Assembly (NCBI GenBank): GCA_035390665.1
Contig: DAOOUC010000008.1
Span: forward strand, 1-27,165
Source: an archaeon
GTDB lineage: Archaea; Iainarchaeota; Iainarchaeia; Iainarchaeales; CSSED10-239
Reading direction: 5' to 3'
Length of the DNA stretch: 27,165 bases
The position numbers and the translations under genes were made by a program. This document shows, one piece after another, positions 8,444 through 15,862 of the stretch. The notes under the pieces are model-generated. The model ran no database searches and had not been told where the DNA came from. It was given only the letters and a program-made list of their open reading frames with translations. Every line of letters starts with the position of its first letter. Positions within the stretch are counted from its first letter, which is position 1.

Positions 8444-9799
8444 TTACTGGGTTTCTGGATTTAGTTTCTTGTATTCTTCTTCTAACTCTTTTATTTCAGA
8501 GTCATATTTTGCATATAATGATTCTAATGCATTACTACCATATAAATCATTATTTTCAAATAATTTTCTGTGAGCTTCTAAATACTTGCCTTGATCCTGT
8601 GCGCATCTTGAAAAGATTGCAGGAACTAATGCTGTATTTTGATGAGTAACAAAGTCTTTAACAACTAATTTAACAAGACCTAAGTCTATGTAATTTGTTT
8701 TTAAGTTATCAATTACTTCATTATCAAATTGCTTACAGTAAGGGCAATCATAATCTGTAAATAAATATAAAGTTATTGGTGCATTTGATTGGCCAATCAC
8801 ATAATCGTTTGGTTGTTCTAAATATTTATAATTTAGATTTTGTTGCTCTGGAAGTGGCAAGATATATCCTCCAGCTATTGGCTGAAATGCTTGTGTAAAC
8901 AATTCATTTTTAGAAAATTCTGTGGAATTTATATCTCCTTCAAAGAAAAACAAAGGTAAGATTAGTGTCTTTGTTGTTTCTAAAATCTCTTTTGCTTTTT
9001 CTTCTCTATAGTCTATTTTTTGAATTTCTACTTCTGAAAATAATCCATTAAAGAAATCAGCATATGGTCCTTCTTTTAATCCTTTAATGTATTCATCCAC
9101 AATTGTATTTGTTAATTCATTTGAATTATTGTAGATTATTATTAATTTTGGTGTACCTACTGTATCTGCAACATAATTTCCAGAATTTAAATCAAATGAA
9201 ATTTCTTCCTCATTCATGGAAATGTCTATCAATTTAGTTATGTTCTCATAAGAGGTATATCCTCCAATTTTATAACTATTTACAAAGATTCCTGGAGTTC
9301 CTGTTAATCCAAATGCTTGAGCTAATTGATAATCTTCTACTAATTTTGATAAATGTTTTGCATTTTCTATATTTATTTCTTCATTTGTAAAGTCGTTTTC
9401 TTCGTAACATTGATCCATTTGTTCTTTATTTAAACCTAATTCTGGGTACCACCCTTCAAAAATGGTTTTTTGAGTCTGTATAATGTCTTTAGTAATCCTT
9501 AATTGTAAATCTTGTGCTTTTTTTTGCAATTGTTCTTCTGTTAGTGTTTCTTCAATTGGTGGAGTAATAGTTACATTTGCGTCTTCTTTTATTTCTGGGA
9601 CTGTTTGTTTTTTATCCATCATTTTTGTTGCAATAACTATTCCAATTATTAAAATAATTAAAACAATAATTCCAATTATTAAAAACTTATTCTTTTTAAT
9701 ATTTAAAAAACTTTTTTTCGGTTTTTTTTCTGGAACGGTTTTAGTCTTTATTGTTCCTTTTTTTTGTGCTGTTTTTTTAGGCACAGTTTTCTTTTTCAA
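8444..9799 (-). CDS. Membrane-anchored DsbA/thioredoxin-like protein with apparently permuted domain order (TTG start)
   Basis: Lys-rich N-terminus, one TM helix (FLIIGIIVLIILIIGIVIA). TGTPGIFVN (cis-Pro loop) is near the N-terminus; APITLYLFTDYDCPYCKQF (CxxC) is near the C-terminus. Confidence 0.8.
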   Translation of the reverse strand: MKKKTVPKKTAQKKGTIKTKTVPEKKPKKSFLNIKKNKFLIIGIIVLIILIIGIVIATKMMDKKQTVPEIKEDANVTITPPIEETLTEEQLQKKAQDLQLRITKDIIQTQKTIFEGWYPELGLNKEQMDQCYEENDFTNEEINIENAKHLSKLVEDYQLAQAFGLTGTPGIFVNSYKIGGYTSYENITKLIDISMNEEEISFDLNSGNYVADTVGTPKLIIIYNNSNELTNTIVDEYIKGLKEGPYADFFNGLFSEVEIQKIDYREEKAKEILETTKTLILPLFFFEGDINSTEFSKNELFTQAFQPIAGGYILPLPEQQNLNYKYLEQPNDYVIGQSNAPITLYLFTDYDCPYCKQFDNEVIDNLKTNYIDLGLVKLVVKDFVTHQNTALVPAIFSRCAQDQGKYLEAHRKLFENNDLYGSNALESLYAKYDSEIKELEEEYKKLNPETQ

Positions 9800-9899
9800 A
9801 AATTATCACCTTTTGATTTTTGCTTGATGTTTAAGCTTAACTATAAAAATAGTATTTATAATATATATAGTATAATAACAATTAAAAATAAGTATTATT

Positions 9900-10880
9900 A
9901 TGAAAATTGATAAAAATGTTATAGACGATTTAAAACATAAACATTATGGAGTTTATGGTAACCACTCTGCTGTTGAAATCTGTAGCTGGAATAAAAAAGC
10001 AATTAGAGGAGAGGGCGTATGCTATAAACAACATTTTTATAATGTTGAATGCCACAGATGTGCGCAGATTACACCAACCGTTCTTTGGTGTCATAACAAT
10101 TGTGTTTTTTGTTGGAGGCCTGCAGAGTATATGGTTGGATCTCTTGATAAAAAAGAATACGATAAGCCAAAAGAAATAATTGACGGGCTATTTGCAGAAA
10201 GAAAAAAACTATTGTCTGGCTTTGGAGGTTTTAAAAATGTGGATAAAAAACTTCTTAAAGAAGCAGAGGTTCCAAGTCATGTGGCAATATCTCTTTCTGG
10301 AGAACCAACAATGTACAAAGATCTTGATAAATTGATTCTTGAACTTAAATCAAGAAAAGAAATTAAAACTATTTTTGTGGTAACAAATGGACTAGAACCC
10401 GGCACTTTAAAAAAATTAAAGGACAAAAACGCTTTGCCAACACAACTTTATCTTTCTTTTATTGCACCTAATGAAAAACTACATTTAAAGATTAATAGAC
10501 CAAAAGTAAAAGACACTTGGAAAACATTAATGAAAACAATTAATCTATTTCCAAAACTTAATTGCCGTAAAGTTATTAGATTTACATTAATTAAAGGAAT
10601 GAATGATGAAAAAGATTTGATTCCTGAATTTGTAAAAATCTTTGAAAAATCAAAAGCTGATTTTATCGAGATTAAGTCTTATATGTATCTCGGGTATTCT
10701 AGAAAAACAATGACCATTGACAATATGCCAAGCTTTGATGAATGCCTAGATTATGCTAAAGAATTTGAAAAAAATTCAAAGGATTTTAAAATCTCTGATA
10801 CCTGTAAACCATCACGAATAATTCTTTTGAAAAACAAAAATAGCAAATATGATAATTTTATTTTAAAGAAGGGAAAATAA
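9900..10880 (+). CDS. taw1: S-adenosyl-L-methionine-dependent tRNA 4-demethylwyosine synthase (Taw1/TYW1-like radical SAM)
   Basis: CHNNCVFCWRP (Cx3Cx2C), LSGEPTMYKDLDKLI, FVVTNGLEPGTLKKLK, LYLSFIAPNEKLHLKINRP; typical Taw1 motifs. Confidence 0.93.
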   Translation: MKIDKNVIDDLKHKHYGVYGNHSAVEICSWNKKAIRGEGVCYKQHFYNVECHRCAQITPTVLWCHNNCVFCWRPAEYMVGSLDKKEYDKPKEIIDGLFAERKKLLSGFGGFKNVDKKLLKEAEVPSHVAISLSGEPTMYKDLDKLILELKSRKEIKTIFVVTNGLEPGTLKKLKDKNALPTQLYLSFIAPNEKLHLKINRPKVKDTWKTLMKTINLFPKLNCRKVIRFTLIKGMNDEKDLIPEFVKIFEKSKADFIEIKSYMYLGYSRKTMTIDNMPSFDECLDYAKEFEKNSKDFKISDTCKPSRIILLKNKNSKYDNFILKKGK

Positions 10881-10881
10881 T

Positions 10882-11751
10882 ATGAATGATGAATTAAAAG
10901 AAATTGCAAAAGCTTTACAAACAGAAAAAACAATTTGTCTTTTGGCTCCAAGTTTTCCTGTGGATTTTTCTTTTCCTGACATTATCTTGGATCTAAGAGC
11001 AATGGGTTTTTCAAAAGTATTAGAACTAACTTATGCTGCAAAACTTATCAATTACAGATATATTGAAATTCTAAAAGAAAATCCTGACAAACAATATATT
11101 TGTGGAAACTGCCCAACAATTGTAAAAATGGTTCAAAATAAATATCCTGAACATAAAGACAAAATTATTGATGTGGCTTCTCCTATGGTAGTTATGGCAA
11201 GATTTGTAAAAAGAGAATTTGGGACAGATTATAAGTCTGTATTTGTTGGACCTTGCTTTGCTAAAAAACAAGAAGCTAAAGAAAACTCAGATTGTGTGGA
11301 TTTTGCTTTGACCTTTAAAGAACTTTGTGAACTTTATTGTTACTTAGAAGAAAATAAACAACTTAAGGAAATAACAGACAATAAAGAAAACAGAGAATTT
11401 AATAAATTCTATAATGATATCACAAAAATTTATCCTCTTGGTGGAGGTGTAGCAGAAAGCATGCTAAATAAGCAAGTATTACAGAAAGATGAAATCATAG
11501 TTTGTGATGGCCCAGAAACCTTAGACCGCGCAATAAAAGATTTAGAAGAATTTAAAAAATTTAGATTTGTAGATATTCTTTTTTGTAAGGGCGGTTGCCT
11601 TGGAGGCCCTGGAATAATTAATAAAGACACAATAGATAACAGAACACAAAAGCTAATGGATTACAAAGACAAATCCAGATATTATGAACCGGATGGAAAC
11701 TACGGTAAATTCATACATGCCTTTGGATTAGATATAAATAGAAAAAAATAA
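10882..11751 (+). CDS. Compact [FeFe]-hydrogenase-like protein (Fe-hydrogenase large-subunit C-terminal / H-cluster domain only)
   Basis: 289 aa. L1-like ICGNCPTIV, L2-like VGPCFAKKQEA, L3-like LFCKGGCLGGPG, plus YPLGGGVAESM. No N-terminal ferredoxin-type CxxCxxC motifs. Confidence 0.8.
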   Translation: MNDELKEIAKALQTEKTICLLAPSFPVDFSFPDIILDLRAMGFSKVLELTYAAKLINYRYIEILKENPDKQYICGNCPTIVKMVQNKYPEHKDKIIDVASPMVVMARFVKREFGTDYKSVFVGPCFAKKQEAKENSDCVDFALTFKELCELYCYLEENKQLKEITDNKENREFNKFYNDITKIYPLGGGVAESMLNKQVLQKDEIIVCDGPETLDRAIKDLEEFKKFRFVDILFCKGGCLGGPGIINKDTIDNRTQKLMDYKDKSRYYEPDGNYGKFIHAFGLDINRKK

Positions 11752-11789
11752 TTATTTTTCTTTAATTATATAATGTATGCCAAATCTGT

Positions 11790-12152
11790 TTAAATTATTT
11801 CAATACTTTCTAAGAATTTGTTGTTTATTTTAGAATAGATTTCTAACCTTAAAGTGGCTAATTTCATATAAAATAACTTTTTATCTATCGTAAAAATTTT
11901 TGTGGGATTAATTGCACTTTTAAATTCTAAATTCCCGTTTTCAATATCTGTGTCTTTTATTTCAATACAATTATTAAAATTAGGTTTGTGGGTTGTTATA
12001 TAACAGCAAATTATATCTTGATTTCTATTATTGTGATATTCGTTAGAAATAACCAGAACTGGCCTTTTCTTAGATCTAAATAAATCAGTAAATGGAAACA
12101 TTGCTAAATATATTTCCCTTTGCTTAATACTTGTCCCATCTTTTGTCATCAT
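11790..12152 (-). CDS. mazF: Type II toxin, MazF/PemK family
   Basis: 120 aa: REIYLAMFPFTDLFRSKKRPVLVISNEYHN...DIICCYITT is MazF-like. Directly downstream of and overlapping an AbrB-type gene. Confidence 0.85.
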   Translation of the reverse strand: MMTKDGTSIKQREIYLAMFPFTDLFRSKKRPVLVISNEYHNNRNQDIICCYITTHKPNFNNCIEIKDTDIENGNLEFKSAINPTKIFTIDKKLFYMKLATLRLEIYSKINNKFLESIEII

Positions 12153-12366
12153 TATTATTCCAACTTTTTAATGATTTATCAAGCATTTTATAGTATTCCT
12201 TATCTTCTTTTGTTTTAATTATGTTGTCGGCTTTTTGAAGGATTATTCTTTTTTTATCAACAACTAACAGTAAAGATGTGCCCCTTTTAAGATTTAATTG
12301 ATTTCTAATACTTATTGGAATACTTATTTGCCCTTTATCACTAATCGTTGCGGTCTTAATCAACAT
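12124..12366 (-). CDS. AbrB/MazE-type antitoxin (start trimmed to ATG 12364-12366)
   Basis: MLIKTATISDKGQISIPISIRNQLNLKRGTSLLLVV is a SpoVT/AbrB swapped-hairpin signature. Confidence 0.88.
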   Translation of the reverse strand: MLIKTATISDKGQISIPISIRNQLNLKRGTSLLLVVDKKRIILQKADNIIKTKEDKEYYKMLDKSLKSWNNNDDKRWDKY

Positions 12367-12443
12367 ATTCTTACCTTTCTTACTTTTCTTACTTATATAA
12401 AAATTAAGAACCAACGATTTTATAAATATAGTCCAAATGGAAT

Positions 12444-13472
12444 CTAATCTGTGATTCCATTTTCTGTGACTTGATAAACTGCTTCGCCATCTGGAAGACT
12501 TGGAGAATCTACAAGTTTTGCAATTCTTTTTGAACCAGAACTTTTTCTTAAATAAACTCTTGTCTTTGAGGCATGCTTAACAACATTTCCGCCGATTGCA
12601 TCAGTTGGATCACCAAACAAAACATCTGGCCTTGACATTACTTGATTTGTAACAAACACAACAACATTGTAAAGTTCAGCAATCTTTTGAAGAGTTCTCA
12701 TGTGACCATTAAGCTTTTGCTGTCTGTCTGATAATTGACCCCTTCCAACAAATTCTGAACGGAATTGACTTGTCAGAGAATCCACAATTACAAGCTTGAT
12801 ATTCTTTTCTTTAATTATTTCTTGAGCCTTATCTGCTAATAACATCTGATGATTACTATTAAATGCTCTTGCAACAAAAATGTTTTTCATAACTTCTTCA
12901 GGGTTCATTCCTCTATATTTTGCAATTTGTGAAACTCTTTCTGGTCTAAATGAATTTTCTGTATCTATATAAAGAACACCACCATTTAACCCCCCTTTTT
13001 CCACAGGCATCTGAGCTAAAACACATAGTTGAAAACACCACTGTGATTTACCTGAAGCAAACATACCATACACTTCAGTTATTGATTGACTTTCAATACC
13101 TCCGCCTAAAAGATCATCAAGTTCAGAAGAACCAGTTGTTAATCTTGCTATTGTTTTTCTTCTATCTAAGATCTTTTCTGCAGTTTCAAAACCCATTTCT
13201 AAGGAATCCCTTGCTGCTTTAATCGCTTTAATTGCAGTGCCTTCGCCAAGACCTGCAACCGCTACAAGTTCACTTGGGGATGCTACAGCAATTGCCTCTA
13301 AAGAATCATAACCTGCAGCTAAAAGCTTCTCTGCTGATGCTGGGCCAATGCCTGGAAGATCAGTAATTGTCATATTTTTTCCAGAGTTTCCATTTATTTC
13401 CTCTGTTTCTTCTACATACTCTTCATTACTAAATTCTTCTTCCATTGTTTCTCCCTTCTTTGTTTTTTTCAT
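12444..13472 (-). CDS. radA: DNA repair and recombination protein RadA
   Basis: N-terminal HhH ([16 protein letters not shown]), Walker [50 protein letters not shown]. Start placed at the ATG preceded by GGAG. Confidence 0.97.
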   Translation of the reverse strand: MKKTKKGETMEEEFSNEEYVEETEEINGNSGKNMTITDLPGIGPASAEKLLAAGYDSLEAIAVASPSELVAVAGLGEGTAIKAIKAARDSLEMGFETAEKILDRRKTIARLTTGSSELDDLLGGGIESQSITEVYGMFASGKSQWCFQLCVLAQMPVEKGGLNGGVLYIDTENSFRPERVSQIAKYRGMNPEEVMKNIFVARAFNSNHQMLLADKAQEIIKEKNIKLVIVDSLTSQFRSEFVGRGQLSDRQQKLNGHMRTLQKIAELYNVVVFVTNQVMSRPDVLFGDPTDAIGGNVVKHASKTRVYLRKSSGSKRIAKLVDSPSLPDGEAVYQVTENGITD

Positions 13473-13548
13473 ATATATTACTCTCCTTTTATTATTAAAA
13501 GTATATGCTTTAACATACAATAAATATAAAGACTTTCAAAAGGGGGTC

Positions 13549-13581
13549 ATTTTCGGGGGGGTAGCTGTCCAGTGCGAAAAT
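13549..13581. other. GC-rich hairpin-forming island between divergent radA and ppsA-like promoters
   Basis: attttcg (13549-13555) is the exact reverse complement of cgaaaat (13575-13581), enclosing ggggggtagctgtccagtg in very AT-rich surroundings. Confidence 0.4.
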
Positions 13582-13680
13582 CCAAATTTATTAATAAATC
13601 TTTGGTTTTCTTAACCAAAAATGTTTTAAAAAGAATATATATTATATTATTGGGATTAAACTAAAAATATGTGAAAAAAC

Positions 13681-15462
13681 ATGGGAATGGATTACGAAAA
13701 TATTCGATGGCTTAAAGAACTTGGTTCTACTGATTCAAGAGTAATAGGAAGAAAAGCAGCTAGACTTGCTCAACTTGCTAATGCAGGAATTACTGTTCCA
13801 AGAGGATTTGTTGTTACTGCAACAGAATTTTTTAATTTTTTACAAACAAATAATATTAAATCAAAGATTATAGAACAATTAAGAAGTATAGACTATAATA
13901 ATAAAGAAGATATAGAAAAAAAATCAAATGAAATTAAACAAATTATTCTTAAAGGAAAACTTAACCAAGAAGCAGAAGTTGAAATTTATAAATACTATAG
14001 CAAATTAGGAGATGTTGGTGGCGGTTGGCTTCCTAGCAGTGCTGATGCATTTGTTGCTATCAGATGTTCTGTTGTTTGTGATGATGGTGAAGTTTGTGAT
14101 AATAAGTTTATTGAAGAAGAAGGCGGATTTCTAAATATTAAAGGAAAACCAGAAGTTGTTAAGGCAATAAAAGAAACCTGGAGTATTCTTTATAGCCCTG
14201 ATGTTTTAGAATATGCACACAACAAGGGAATTAATGTTGAAAGACTCGGAATTGGAGTAATTATTCAAAATATGATTTCAGCAAAATATTCTGGAATAAC
14301 AATCTCAAGTAAAAGTTTAACTGATCCTAACACTTGTGTTATTGAAGGAATATATGGTTTTGGTGCAGCACATGTTATTAAAGAAATAACTCCAGATCAC
14401 TACGAGACACAGAAAAAACCATATCAAACTCTTGGTAAAACTATTTCAAAACAAGATTGGGAATTAAAAAGAATAAAAGGACAGACTGTTAAAGATGCTG
14501 TTCCAGAATCAGAGAGAGAAAAACAAAAAATTAATACTCACATTTTAAAAGATTTAACTAATACTGCTCAAAGACTTGAAGAATTCTTTGGAACTCCTCA
14601 AATGGTTGAGTGGGCAATGGATAAAGCCGATATTTATATTATTTCTTCAGAAGCAGTAAATCCAAACACTATTGAAAAAACTAAGAAAAATTCTCAACAA
14701 AAGATTAATACTTTTAAGAACCAATTATTGATTAAAGGCGTCGGGGTTTCTAACGGAATAATTAATGGTGTTGTAGTTAATATTGCAAATTATAATGATT
14801 TAGAAAAAGTAAATAACGAATCAATAATTGTTACCGCAATGACTGATCAAGAAATGGTTGGAGCAATGAAGATTGCAAGAGGAGTTGTAACTAATGCGGG
14901 TAGTTCAATATGTCATGCAGCAGTAATCTGTAAAGACCTTTCAAAACCTTGTGTTGTCGGTACAAGATTTGCAACAGAGCAGCTTCTTGATGGGGAAAAA
15001 ATCCAGATCAATGGACAAACCGGAGAAATTTATTCTATTGAATCATTAGATATTGTTGATATTCATCCTGAAGAGGATAATTTTTTAGATGAAAAAGAAC
15101 AAAGAGTAAAGAAACTTTGGGAAGAACAAAGAGAACTTAGAGAAAAAGGAGCTGTAATAATTAATAAGAAAGAACCAAAAGCAGCAAAAGCTCCAGAACA
15201 TATAATCTTTAATAAATCTGTTGAAGAGAAAATCGTTGAAGAAAAGGTTGTAAAAAATAGTGTCGTTGATTCTTTAGGAAATATAAATATTAAAGATCTT
15301 TCTAAAATTGATATCACAAAAGTCAAACAAATAGTTATACCTATTGATCAATTATTTAATTCTGCAGAAAAAGCAAAATTAAGTAATGAATATCCTGGTT
15401 CTGTTTGTATGATTGCTAAAGAAAAAATTAAAAAAGTTTTAAAGGATATCAAGGATATATAA
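13681..15462 (+). CDS. Phosphoenolpyruvate synthase-like protein (ATP-grasp plus phosphohistidine swivel domains; no C-terminal barrel)
   Basis: GRKAARLAQLANAGITVPRGFVVTA, VAIRCSVVCDD, VIEGIYGFGAAHVIKEITPDHY, VVTNAGSSICHAAVICKDLSKPCVVGTRF. 593 aa with a Lys/Glu-rich C-terminal tail. Confidence 0.85.
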   Translation: MGMDYENIRWLKELGSTDSRVIGRKAARLAQLANAGITVPRGFVVTATEFFNFLQTNNIKSKIIEQLRSIDYNNKEDIEKKSNEIKQIILKGKLNQEAEVEIYKYYSKLGDVGGGWLPSSADAFVAIRCSVVCDDGEVCDNKFIEEEGGFLNIKGKPEVVKAIKETWSILYSPDVLEYAHNKGINVERLGIGVIIQNMISAKYSGITISSKSLTDPNTCVIEGIYGFGAAHVIKEITPDHYETQKKPYQTLGKTISKQDWELKRIKGQTVKDAVPESEREKQKINTHILKDLTNTAQRLEEFFGTPQMVEWAMDKADIYIISSEAVNPNTIEKTKKNSQQKINTFKNQLLIKGVGVSNGIINGVVVNIANYNDLEKVNNESIIVTAMTDQEMVGAMKIARGVVTNAGSSICHAAVICKDLSKPCVVGTRFATEQLLDGEKIQINGQTGEIYSIESLDIVDIHPEEDNFLDEKEQRVKKLWEEQRELREKGAVIINKKEPKAAKAPEHIIFNKSVEEKIVEEKVVKNSVVDSLGNINIKDLSKIDITKVKQIVIPIDQLFNSAEKAKLSNEYPGSVCMIAKEKIKKVLKDIKDI

Positions 15463-15463
15463 A

Positions 15464-15862
15464 ATGAAAATTAAAGGACAAAGACAAGCGGTACAAAAAC
15501 ACACAGGCCCGCCAACTCCACCTAAACGAAAAGTTATTAGTTTAGACAAAAACACAACTAACACTCACATTAATCATATAAATACAATCTTTACTCTTTC
15601 TAAGACAAAACCTGTACGTATAAAGAAACTTTCATTTTCTATTTCTTTTTTTGAAAAAAAGAAAAAAAATCTTAATCAAATTTATAGTGCTCTAGTAAAT
15701 GGAGAAAATCCGAGAAAAATATTTGTGACCTTTGAGGATTTTGATTTTCATGAATTTGAAGAAATTGGTGTTAAAAAGTATTCACAGAAACTAACTAGAG
15801 AAATTGATAACCTGAACTCTGCAATAAAATATACAAAAGAAATTTTAAAACAATTAGATTAA
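15464..15862 (+). CDS. Hypothetical protein, basic N-terminus
   Basis: 132 aa intact ORF starting 1 nt after the PEP-synthase-like gene; no family recognised. Confidence 0.55.
   Translation: MKIKGQRQAVQKHTGPPTPPKRKVISLDKNTTNTHINHINTIFTLSKTKPVRIKKLSFSISFFEKKKKNLNQIYSALVNGENPRKIFVTFEDFDFHEFEEIGVKKYSQKLTREIDNLNSAIKYTKEILKQLD

Noticed and set aside
13541-13585. GC-rich island as a C/D box sRNA or tRNA fragment
   Set aside because: No RTGATGA (C box) or convincing CTGA (D box) pair, and no cloverleaf arms; kept only as an unexplained element.
12950-13614. Plus-strand ORFs 12950..13222 and 13348..13614 opposite radA
   Set aside because: Antisense to RadA with no family resemblance; Phe/Leu/Ser-rich translations are what reverse-complemented coding sequence gives here.
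13681-15862. Frameshifted ppsA with the barrel domain in the following ORF
   Set aside because: 15464..15862 is only 132 aa and has no PEP-binding barrel motifs, so a simple frameshift does not explain the missing domain.
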